DNA of 63,392 nucleotides, counting the filler, from Conidiobolus incongruus B7586 (lineage: Eukaryota), in the NCBI GenBank assembly GCA_000697335.1. It is 19 parts of 19 records of this genome, joined end to end, with 100 filler letters (N's around TTAATTAATTAA, not from the genome) between each part and the next. Parts side by side here need not be neighbours in the genome. Positions count along the whole stretch, not along the records: positions 23,537 to 31,792 come from JNEM01004134.1; positions 31,893 to 34,450 come from JNEM01004135.1; positions 34,551 to 41,784 come from JNEM01004136.1; 16 more parts are not named here. One strand, given 5' to 3'. Positions 27,675 to 38,629 of this stretch are shown here, piece after piece. Within the stretch, counting starts at the first letter, position 1. Each line of letters opens with the position of its first letter. The notes under the pieces were generated by a model, which made no database searches, had not been told where the DNA came from, and saw nothing but the letters and a program-made list of their open reading frames with translations. The position numbers and the translations under genes are program-made.

Positions 27675-29630
27675 TTAAATATTAAACTGAATTTGAAATC
27701 GATTGCAAATCACCCTAATTACTTCAAATGTTTTGTTGAAATAGTCTGTGGGACATCGCTTGAACAGCATGTAGATTTGCTGCAGCTGCTCCGGCAGATT
27801 CCAAGGGTGATCCGGACCCAATTTGACAAGTAGATGCAGGTAAAAGAATCCGATAACACTCAAGTAGTGATAATGTAAATTTTCGAAATATTGCACTTTT
27901 TGGGTAGAAATAGTTAAGATTGCTTGTGCTGACATATGTGCGCGAACGATGTGTCTGGGTAAAGGTCCTTTAACATCAGTCCATACACGGTGAGATGATA
28001 GCAAAATGATGATCTTATGGTAAAGCAGTGTAAAGATGGACACATACTCGCGAATGAGATCCCTACAAGGTCGAGAGTTGTGCTCCTTATCTAATTCCAA
28101 AAATTCTTGGAGACTGAGTACTAAATAATGGTCTAATTTATGCTCAAGTTCGGTTAGTTTGTCCTTGATCTGTGTTTTGGATAGTTTGTACACTTGCACC
28201 TGTGTCCGAAGTTGCACAAATTCGGATAAAATATGCACCCAGTATAGGTCGTACACTTTGCGCATCAGACAGAGGGATTTCGCTTCCGCTATGGCAATTT
28301 CGCGATCTTCGGGCGACATCGTATCGACGGAGGAATACAGTTGGTATCTGTAGTCTAATTCGTAGTACTTTGCCTTATTGAATTCCGTCCTGAAGAATGG
28401 CTCAATATTGAGTGTAAGGGAGAAATGTCTATCCTGGAAGAGCATCATACTTGCAACAGTACATCGCAATTGCTCGTTCATTTTATTTAATCCTGATATG
28501 TTCTTTTGAATGCCCAGTTCCACTGCCATGCGGCAGCCTTGATGGAAATATCTGAGACTTTTGGGAGCTTGGCCCCTGTAAAAAAGTGAATAACTATAGA
28601 TGAAAAGAGCTTGCGCCACATAAATGTTGGTGTTGTAAAAGTTTTTGGCGAGTTGTAAACGTGCCATCTGTTCGGTATATTTGAAGATGCCGGCATCGTG
28701 ATCTGGACTATATTGGTAGCCCACACACACTACTACTGAAGTCAGAACTTCTGGAAGTGAATGAAATGACTGTTGGATCTGTGATTTGAGGAGATAAGTG
28801 ACCATCGGGTGGAAGCACTTGAAGTAATAATGAATCATCCGCGGCTTGAAAGTTGGGTCAAATAGCATATTGAACCAGTTGCTTGACAAGGATATATATT
28901 CCTTGTCCAGTCCGTCAAAGTTGCCTTCGTTAAGTCCTTTGATAAATGGCTCGATATCTCTGAGCAACTCGGGTTTTTGCGTGATAAGTTGACTAGCAAG
29001 CACTTTGGTCAAATTGGATTCGAACTGGCCCTTCTGGTAGTGTGCGAGGTTGAGGTGGTCGGATGCCGAGATAATAGGCTGAATAAAGTTTGTCCATTCG
29101 AAAGAATTAAATGGAATTGCCGGTATAATCCTATGGATCAAAGGAAAATTCTTCACAGGATCTAAATACTTGATAAGTCTGGAGTGATTCGGCTTTGCCT
29201 TTACTCTATACTTGATAACGTTCTGCTTATATTTTTCACCAATCAACCCATTTCCATTCAAATTCTCACTATTATTTTTCTTTTGATTCGGTTCTTTCGT
29301 CTTCCTCTTGGTATTGTGTCGCTTATGACTGGTTTCTGGATAGATACACGATACGCCATTGTCTACGCACCAATTACATTCAGGTAGTTGTCTCCCACAC
29401 CGAACTTTCCTATTTCTGCAAATATAACAACTTGAACTGCTTTCAACCTTTAATTGGTCATTATTATTGCTATTACTATTATTATTAGTATTATTAGTAT
29501 TATTAGTATTATTATTATTATTGGGTTCAGAATTTTGAAAAGCCTGTATCAAATTTTGAAAATTAGTGTCAGTATCGAAAGTAGCTAAGTGGCTGTCCGC
29601 TTTTGATAATTGAAAAGAATTGGATAACAT
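27675..29630 (-). CDS. Zn(II)2Cys6 binuclear-cluster transcription factor, 651 aa
   Basis: CYICRNRKVRCGRQLPECNWCVDNGVSC fits Cx2Cx6Cx6Cx2Cx6C. A basic stretch follows, and a fungal middle-homology-like region (YYFKCFHP..., AQALFIYS..., GCRMAVELGIQK). Intronless. Confidence 0.93.
   Translation of the reverse strand: MLSNSFQLSKADSHLATFDTDTNFQNLIQAFQNSEPNNNNNTNNTNNTNNNSNSNNNDQLKVESSSSCYICRNRKVRCGRQLPECNWCVDNGVSCIYPETSHKRHNTKRKTKEPNQKKNNSENLNGNGLIGEKYKQNVIKYRVKAKPNHSRLIKYLDPVKNFPLIHRIIPAIPFNSFEWTNFIQPIISASDHLNLAHYQKGQFESNLTKVLASQLITQKPELLRDIEPFIKGLNEGNFDGLDKEYISLSSNWFNMLFDPTFKPRMIHYYFKCFHPMVTYLLKSQIQQSFHSLPEVLTSVVVCVGYQYSPDHDAGIFKYTEQMARLQLAKNFYNTNIYVAQALFIYSYSLFYRGQAPKSLRYFHQGCRMAVELGIQKNISGLNKMNEQLRCTVASMMLFQDRHFSLTLNIEPFFRTEFNKAKYYELDYRYQLYSSVDTMSPEDREIAIAEAKSLCLMRKVYDLYWVHILSEFVQLRTQVQVYKLSKTQIKDKLTELEHKLDHYLVLSLQEFLELDKEHNSRPCRDLIREYVSIFTLLYHKIIILLSSHRVWTDVKGPLPRHIVRAHMSAQAILTISTQKVQYFENLHYHYLSVIGFFYLHLLVKLGPDHPWNLPEQLQQIYMLFKRCPTDYFNKTFEVIRVICNRFQIQFNI
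29458..29523 (-). repeat. Imperfect (AAT)n trinucleotide repeat encoding poly-Asn in the Zn2Cys6 gene
   Basis: Encodes NNNNNTNNTNNTNNNSNSNNND just before the zinc cluster. Confidence 0.85.
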
Positions 29631-31892
29631 AATTCCTTAGCTTCAAAGATAATATTTGAATTTACACAGTTATAATATTATTATTTATATCAAACTCAAA
29701 CTATATGTACACTTAATAATATTAATCAATCGTGAATCCGAAAAATGAATAAAATATGAAAAAAAACCATAATACTCAATAAATCAATTTTCAATTAATT
29801 GAATTGGGTTAATTCTAATTATTCCCAATAAAGTAAGGGATTGAAAATGCACTGTTTTGTTTGGTCTTAGTATGATTCAACACAATTTTATGAGCACAAT
29901 ATGGATAATGATTTAACATTGTTAACTTATATGATTTTTTTCTTATTTTCAAATAATATATCATCTTTGAATATATATATATCCCAATATTTTGATTACA
30001 CTAAAACTAATGCCTACAGATAAAATAAATCTTAATTAAATTTTAAATCAATACAGAATTTACTTAGGACCTTACTTAATTAGGTTAAGGTTTTAAATTT
30101 AGTCAAATGAGAGTGGAATTAGAATTGCTAAAAACTGGATCTAATTGTTTTTTCAATAAAATTGTGTAGAATATATTGTACTCCTAAGATATTTTTAGAT
30201 TATATCGATGAAATACTAGATATTTGCTATTAAATTTATGATTAATAATAAATTTTTGGGGATTTTTTACCAATAAATTTTCAGGGTGTTTTTTGATTGA
30301 TATGTTACATTGATGGTGTTATACAGATCTATTAGTATAGATTTATAAAAATGAATTATTAAAAAAATAGATTGAACAGATTATAATAAAAATAACAATG
30401 AAAAAATAGAATTATATTAAAAATTATAAACTAAACTAACATTACCATTATATTCTAAAAATTCCAAGTTTTATAATCTAAATTTTGTGGATATAATTCG
30501 AATATTTATAAGGAAGGGTTTTAATTGTTGAATAGAAAATGACTTAACAATTTGAAGTGAATAAGAACGTCCGTAGTTAATTTATAAAACCTCTATAGAG
30601 TATACTATATTTTTAGAAGAAAATATCAAATAATATATCACAATCAATAATTGGATTAATTGTGTTTTTAGCTTATTTAGTTTTTCATAATATTATATAA
30701 CTTTCTCAAAAAAAAGTTTACATATTATTCTTTGAAAAAATCAAGATTAAAACTTAGACTTTAAAATGTACATATTATTCGTTACTTGTATTATAAATAT
30801 TTTGATCAATAGCTTTTCCATCTGAACTATTTATTAAAAGTTTGGTAATTCATTAAAAGCTACTAATTTATATAATAAACTAATAATATCATAATATTAC
30901 TTAATATATCAAATAACATCAGTTTTTAGTATTTGAAAAATAAAAATTTTCAAAATAGAAATCCCATAATTGCAATGATTATTTCAATAAAATAATAATT
31001 TATATTTGTTTGGCTTGAAATGAAAAATTAATTAATGCAATGGTGTTAAATAAACTGATGAATTATAAACTATTGAAAATTCAATATATCATATAAAGTA
31101 TTTTAATTATATGAATTATTTAATATTTATTAGCTAAGATTTTGATTAAAAAGTTTATAAGATAGTTCTAATAATTCATAATTGTTATAATATTATAAAT
31201 ACGAATTTTATCTATTCAATTATATATATATTTTGAAGATCATGATATTATCGATCAATTATTTTATTATGATCAAGATCTTGCCTATATATAGTTAAAA
31301 ACTTTATTTGAAATATTTTATTAAGTAATCAATTAAATACATAGCATTAGTAATTTTATTACTAACTAAATAATCAATTGTATTATATTTATATTACAAA
31401 ATAAATAAATCTAATGGAAAAAAATAATTATTTCATAATTGTACCTTTGGACTTTAAAATTACAATTACTTTATCAACAAAACAATCAAATAAAGTGTAT
31501 ATTCTTTATTTATTATAATTAATTTATAAAATTGCCTAATCATCTATTTTTAATTATTTTTATTTTATTAATAATTTTTGAAATTATTATGATTTAATTT
31601 AAAAAATAAAATTAATTTATTTTTTATAAAATAATATGATTACATCATATTTATAAATATAATTAATAATATATTAATTTTGTAATTTAATTTTTTTTAT
31701 TTGGTTTTTCAATTATTTTAATATTAATATTATTAATTTTAAAATATATTATATTATTTTTCATTTTGACTTTTTAATTTAAATTATTAAAANNNNNNNN
31801 NNNNNNNNNNNNNNNNNNNNNNNNNNNNNNNNNNNNTTAATTAATTAANNNNNNNNNNNNNNNNNNNNNNNNNNNNNNNNNNNNNNNNNNNN

Positions 31893-33000
31893 ATTAAACA
31901 AAATATTAAAAATATTTTTAATTAATTTATTAGAGTGAAAATTATATTATATTTATAATATAATATTCTATTCTATATATTAAATCTTTTTGAAAAAATT
32001 CATTTTAAGATTATTAATTTATAATTTGTTTTTAATATAATAAATAGTTTCTCCTAATATTTTTCATCCTTATTTGATATTTAAATTAAAAAGAAAGTAA
32101 TTTATAAAATTATAAATAATATAATAAAAAATAAAAATTCCTATATCATTTAGATCTAAAAAAATCATATATCTTGGAAATATAATTATAATCTAAAAGC
32201 TCAAATTTATTTAATTATATAATTTTAAGCCTAAAATCTTAATTAAAAGCTTTAATAATAGTTCAATTATTTAACATACTTTTATTTGTTATCAAGTTGA
32301 CTAATATTTACCTTTTATTAAAATATAATATAAATAATAATCATTGTTATTTTAATTATTTAATAATCCCACAGTTTAAATATCTCCTTTAAAATAGAAA
32401 ATTAATTTCCTAGCTAGTTAAAAAAGATCTATTATATAGATAATATTTAACAAATATAGTATATTATATCAAAACTATTTATATCTATATTTTAAGTTTG
32501 CAATTATATTTAATATAAAATATTATATTTCATTAGTCTTAGATGATATATAAAGTAAAAGCTTATTTTATGAAAGGGATAATTTAGCCCTTTATCCTAA
32601 GAACTGGTGATATTCTAGAAAATCCATTTTATAAGCCATAGTTTAATAAGTTTGTAATATTTAAACCATTTGACCTTCTTGAATAAACCTCCTCCTCTAT
32701 TTCTATTAACTTTAACTTTACTTTTTCTTTATCTTTTACTTATCTTTTTGGCTCTTTTGCCTAATATTCCTTATTCTTTTACAGGGTTCCTCCTAATAAG
32801 GTAAGTTTAAACCATAATATTTATTTAAAATATAATAACTTGGAAAGCTAGAAAAAATTGCTTTTGATATAAACCTATTAAACTGAATTATTTTTCTGGT
32901 ATTATATAATTTATATTTTATTTTCTTTTTTTGACCAATCTAACCTATTATTTTTCTTTATAAAATAGTAAAAAATCATAAAAAATTACTTATAATTTAT
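31893..33000 (+). mobile_element. Degenerate non-LTR retrotransposon (LINE) RT C-terminal relic, interrupted by the solo LTR
   Basis: About 32140-32250 reads IPISFRSKKIIYLGNIII.*KLKF..., resembling the YLG...L.F thumb region of LINE reverse transcriptases. Boundaries are uncertain. Confidence 0.35.
32571..32819 (+). mobile_element. Probable solo LTR, about 250 bp (copy 1 of a dispersed repeat)
   Basis: Homologous to the reverse complement of 58224-58463 (shared ACTGGTGATATTCyAGAArATCyATTTTATAAGCCATAGTTT). Starts TGA, contains TATAAG, AATAAA and a pyrimidine-rich tail, and is flanked by TTTA on both sides. Confidence 0.55.
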
Positions 33001-36000
33001 TTTATTCAAATATAATCTGACATGTCTAATTTTAAAGTATAATTTTTATATTAGGTTTTTTTTTGAAATTTAGTTTATATCAAATATTTCTCTAAAAATA
33101 TTATTTTAGTAAAAATAGTTTCAAAGAAAAATATTTTAAAAATTAAACAATATTTTTATGATATAGTATATCTAGTTAAATTTGATTTATTATTATAATT
33201 AAATTCATATTCAAGGAATTGATAAATAAGGTTTTAAACTTTTGAGTTCTTATTTTTAAACTTTTTAAGAGATATTTATATTCTATATTTTTTTAGGTTA
33301 ATATCACTATACTATTGATAAAAAGTGATAATTATTAGAGGTTAATCAAAGTCTAATTTTATGTGAAATTTATATAATTCTAGTTTTTTAACTTGATTTC
33401 TAAATTTACAACAGATTGATAAAATTATTTATTATTATTTGGAGGCTTAAATATTATTAATTTTTTCATATTTTACTAAGGATTAAGATAGATCATTTAG
33501 TACTATATTGTTTGAAATTAAAAACTATTGTAAATTAATACCCAAGCATCTGCTTTATTAGTAATACTTAATCTAAGCCTTAATTGAACATTAAAAGTAA
33601 TGTTCTGAACTGTTTATAATTAAAAAAGTAATTATATTTTTAAACTAAATAAAATTAAATTCAGGTGATACTATAATATATATCTTAATATATCCTCATA
33701 ACTTGCTTTAAATTAATTTTATATATTGTAATTAAATAAAACATGGTATAATACTTTATTCTTTATAATAACAAAAAATATAGGTTTTAAAATTAAATTT
33801 ATAATTTGGAAATCCAAATATTATAGCAGCTTATTACTAAGAATTCATGTTCAAAAGCTATCTATTTTAATTAGAGTATCAAATATATTATTGATTATAA
33901 GAAATATATTACAAATATATAATTAAAGGTGTATATATAAAGAAATACTGAATAAATTCAATTCAAACTAAGGCTATATATTATTTTTCAGTGTACAAAA
34001 TTTAAAAATAATTCCATCCAATTAAGTTCTTATGTGCCCTTGGTATTTGTAGAGATACTGACCGCTAGCATAGGTTTTATTTTTAAATTTTTTGCAATAT
34101 ATATCATGAGGACATCTCAGCTTCAAAGGACCTCTATATTGAACTATATCACAACTTTAAGTTTTTCTCTTGGTAATCTCTCCTCATGGTTACAAATGAT
34201 CATTGGAATTCCAATTAATAAAGCAACAAATTTCCTTTATTTTTTTATTTAATTATATTTCATAGATAATAGTAATATAATTTAATAAATTCAAAGACTA
34301 TATATTTATATATTATAAAATAAATAGTTTTAATTCCAATAATAATATATAATTTAACATCATTACTTTTATTAAGGATAATACAAATTTTATTTTATAA
34401 AATATTAATATATTTAATTATTTTCAACACCATTAAAGTAATATTTAATTNNNNNNNNNNNNNNNNNNNNNNNNNNNNNNNNNNNNNNNNNNNNTTAATT
34501 AATTAANNNNNNNNNNNNNNNNNNNNNNNNNNNNNNNNNNNNNNNNNNNNTTATTTATTAGATCATAATTTATATAGTTATAACTATTTTAAATTTCTTA
34601 AGAATATATTTATAAATAAAAAGAATTTCTTAGTTAATAAAATATTTAATTTCAATTTTTAATAAGGAATTTTAAAATTGAGAAATTAGTTAAAAATATA
34701 TCAAAAAGTCATTAATAATATAAAAGTATTGATTTTATACTATGTATTTATTTTTGTATATTTTATATTAAATATTATATTTTAACTCAATTACAAAAAA
34801 AATTTATTGATTAAGATTTAGAGTGATATATTAATAATAAAAAATACTATCAATATTTTTAATATAATTATATATATCAAATAATTTTTAATTGAATATT
34901 ACTTTTTTAGAATAATATTAGAAATTATGGCAAATTATAAAAATATATTAATATTTTTAAGATAAATAATTTTAAAAAATACCAAAAAACTAAAATGAAT
35001 TAGATATTTAAATTGAAATATAAACCACAGTAATATAGGCTAAATCTAGTGAAATTATGGAATTTTTTTGCATTGATATAACTTTCATATCAATATCCAA
35101 ATTAAGCAAATGATATGTTTATTGATATTAATTGAAAATTATTTTTACAGATTTATGTTTAATATCAAATATTAGTAATTTCACAATATTATCCAAGAAT
35201 CCCATAACTTAGGTTCACTTGATATAATTAGAATATGATGCGCATTTCAATTATCGTATATTATTTATGAATTTTAATAAGAATGAAAAACCCATTGATT
35301 ATATACCTAAAATAATATAATCTATTTTTGGGATGTTATTTAAAAGATTGTACGATTATATTTGCAAGTTATACTAATATAACAAAAGCCATTATTACAT
35401 AAATTCATATCATTAACATTCTTATTGGTTGTATCTATTTTATAAAATTATTAATTTTAGCTGATATAATTAATATTTTATATGCTAAAATTTTGCCTTA
35501 TATCCAATTAATAACTATATATATACATTCACTATTGATGATATCAAATTTAATTTCCAAAATAAAAATTTTTGAAATTCATTTTATTAAAAATCTATTG
35601 AATACTCAAATATATATTATATTGATTTCAAAAATCACAGATTCTAGTATACCTCTTAAACAAGTAAATAATCAATATTTATTTGTGATAAATTTGTATT
35701 TTATATGGATAAAATTTAACAATTACTTGAACTTTTTGTAAATTTTCAAAATAATAAAAATATATCCTTAGTAATTCATTATTTTATCAACCAAATTATA
35801 TATGATAATCATGAATTTTAATAAATATTTGAATAAATTCATTAATATTGCATTTTTATACAGGATAATGTTTGTGAAATCAGTAATTGGTTTGAAAAAT
35901 TGGTTATTTATTTTTATTGAGAATAGTATCTGGATATTATCAAAATTTGATTGAGTATTAAAAATAATGAATTGTATAATTGCAATTCTTATTACTCTGA

Positions 36001-37537
36001 TATCTGCATTCTGATACTATAATTGTATGTTAGTCATACTATTAAAATAAAAGGATATTTTAAACCAAGCCAAAACAAAAATTCACGTAATAAATCACAA
36101 TCCTTTTGTATCATATGATTAATTCTTTTGTATAATTCAATTCTTCACTTAAATCTATTTAAGATGTGACTGATTCAAATTTCCTTATTTAGTAGTATAT
36201 GAAGCTTAGGTTGACTTAATTTGTTCAATAGAAAGTGTGAGTGGTAAAATGAGAAATTACAAAATTCTGATCACTTAATAATTATTAGTCATTTTAATTT
36301 CCATTGATACAGTATTCAATTTTGATTGAGTGAAGTTATAATTTCCATTTTCAGTAATTGTCACCATTTTACTTGAAATGACTCATAATTTAATAATTTC
36401 GACTTCAAAACATATAAATAGAACAGGGTCCATCTAATTCACATTATTCAAACCTTGTCTACCTGATCCTTTTCTATTTTTTCCAGTATCTTTTGTTTAC
36501 TTTTTATTCACTACTTTTACTTAATCATTTAACTTGTATTTCTATTGTTGTTGATTTAGACTTTAGCTTTTGAAAAATTCAATTTTAATATTATAATACT
36601 TTACCATCAACTCTATTTTCTCGGACTCTTCAAGTTTAAATAATGAACTAATTGTGATCATTAACATTTTTTTAAATCTTTGAAATAATTTCAATATAAT
36701 TTCTCTCTATTCAATCCTTGGATTTCAGCTTCAATCCCTCTACACCCCCTTTATTCACATATCATTCTCCCTCCAGTAAGCAAACTCCAAAATCCTGATC
36801 TATGATATATTTTTTATCAACGTTTGGGCCGACAATTTCCATTCTTTACACCCCCTTACCAAAAATAGAAACCATATCCAAACCCTACTAAAAAAGGGAA
36901 CTGCAAGTTCATTACAACTTGATTAAATCAATATTTAAAAATAATTGCAAAACTGTACTGTTTTATTGATTTTGATTACTAATGTATTGCATTAAGTAAA
37001 ATGTTTTACAAAACTAAGTATATCAAAATATTTCCACCTAAAAGTTTATAAAAATTAATAAATAAAAAAATTTAAAATTTTTGATTATATTTAATATTAT
37101 TAAATTTATTAAAATAAAGAAATACAGTTAGTAAAAATGAAAGATATGTGTATATATGTAAATGAGGAAAGATTAAAAAATAAAAAAGAATGGAAGAAAG
37201 GATAAAGAAACTAGAGTTTCAGTTATCATATTCAATTCAAGTTGGTAGTGAAACCGAAGGAAGATAGTATGCCTCAACCTCTAAAAAAACCAATTACAAT
37301 CCATCATCAAAATTGTAACGATTATCAAAAAGCGAGGAATGAGTTTAACTATCTGTAGAAAGAGATCAGAAGAGTCCAAAAAGTGGTGATCCGAAACAAC
37401 GAGAGGAGAAAGGCGGGTTAACCATTAAGAGTATCTTTTGATGAGAGTGGGATGAAATTCATCTGTTCATCAAAAACTGCATAATGTAACCAAGGCGATT
37501 CTCAATTAAACAATCAAAAATAGGAAGATCCTACAGA

Positions 37538-38629
37538 TTATCCGTCAGGCGGGCTATGTGTATGGCTCCAATGATCGAGGGTGTTCATTGACAAGTTGAG
37601 GGTATCATTCATGGATAGTTGATCTAAAGTGAGTGGTAAGTCCAAATTCAAATATGAGCCGTCTAAATTGTGTTGATGATGATGATACGACGAGTCATAT
37701 AAGGAATACAAAGTGGAATCTATTTGGGTGGGCCAAACATTCTGTGATTGGGCATCAGACCAGGTGTGCTGCTTGAAGATTTCAGAGGGAGGGCTGAGGT
37801 CGGTCTGAGCCAAGGGAACAATAGGTTGTTGCTTCAACCCTCCCTTGCAGTTGCAGCACATACCACTGGTTGTATTCATTGGACTTCCACTCACAGGCGC
37901 ACTGAACGCATTAAAACCAAAATTAAACGGAAATACGGTGGGAGTGAGCATAGGGTTTCCGTTGAGAGTTGGGAATTGAGGAGATGCGGTCTGAGAAGAA
38001 GAATCCATGGGGAAGACAGGGGAAGGAAGTTGAGAGAACAAAGAAGCTAGATCAAGATCAGTAACAGGAAGTTCGGAAGAAGCGGGAGCAAAAGAAGGAG
38101 TAGCAGGTGGGAAGTCACTGGGGCAGGAGAAATCGGAGAAAACTGGAAGAGCTCCAACAGTGGAAGGAGAAGCAACGGAACTTGGAGAAGATGAAACTTC
38201 CGCGACTCGATCTGGATCCGGAACGCCTTCTTTGGGTTTGCCCCCGACTGGATTATTAACAGTCTTGACTTTGCGATCAGTTTGCTTCCATTGGAAGATA
38301 CGGTGAGGTAAAGTTTCACCCTTAGATTTGGCAGTAGCTCTACGAGTCTTGAACCAAATATTGACAGCACGAGGGCTCATACCTAATTCTTTTGCAATAG
38401 CTTGACGCAAAGAAGGATTAGGCATGGGATCGACTTGGAATTTAGCTTCCAAACTGGCAATTTGAGCCTGACTCAAACCGGCGACGCCACGAAGATTACT
38501 ACCGTGAGGGTTGTAAATCACAGGAGTAAAATCTTTAGCAATGGTGACAGATGAAGTCTTTGTTGATTGGTTCTTAATAGTGTTTATATTCATGTTAGTA
38601 ATTCGAGTATTAGTGTTAATAATAGACAT
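37538..38629 (-). CDS. Homeobox transcription factor with atypical recognition helix (363 aa from the first ATG)
   Basis: Homeodomain at about 38497-38318: LSQAQIASLEAKFQVDPMPNPSLRQAIAKELGMSPRAVNIWFKTRRATAK, with Q12, L16, F20, P26, R31, L38, W48, F49 and R53 in register. Ser/Pro-rich C-terminal region. The track's GTG start (38680) is replaced by the first ATG (38629); TATAAATA on the minus strand at 38743-38750. Confidence 0.9.
   Translation of the reverse strand: MSIINTNTRITNMNINTIKNQSTKTSSVTIAKDFTPVIYNPHGSNLRGVAGLSQAQIASLEAKFQVDPMPNPSLRQAIAKELGMSPRAVNIWFKTRRATAKSKGETLPHRIFQWKQTDRKVKTVNNPVGGKPKEGVPDPDRVAEVSSSPSSVASPSTVGALPVFSDFSCPSDFPPATPSFAPASSELPVTDLDLASLFSQLPSPVFPMDSSSQTASPQFPTLNGNPMLTPTVFPFNFGFNAFSAPVSGSPMNTTSGMCCNCKGGLKQQPIVPLAQTDLSPPSEIFKQHTWSDAQSQNVWPTQIDSTLYSLYDSSYHHHQHNLDGSYLNLDLPLTLDQLSMNDTLNLSMNTLDHWSHTHSPPDG

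Noticed and set aside
28159..29387. Overlapping short ORFs within the Zn2Cys6 gene
   Set aside because: Antisense or off-frame shadows of the 651-aa CDS.
33990..34252. GC-richer patch and 72-aa ORF; minus-strand Cys/His pattern suggestive of gag zinc knuckles
   Set aside because: GTG start, stops in the relevant frame and no correct CCHC spacing; cannot be assigned.
37748..38370. ORFs 37748-38050 (+) and 38047-38370 (-)
   Set aside because: Antisense and off-frame shadows of the homeobox CDS.
37538..38629. Homeobox gene as part of a mating-type locus
   Set aside because: No divergently transcribed HD1/HD2 partner, HMG gene or known MAT-flanking gene is visible in the window.
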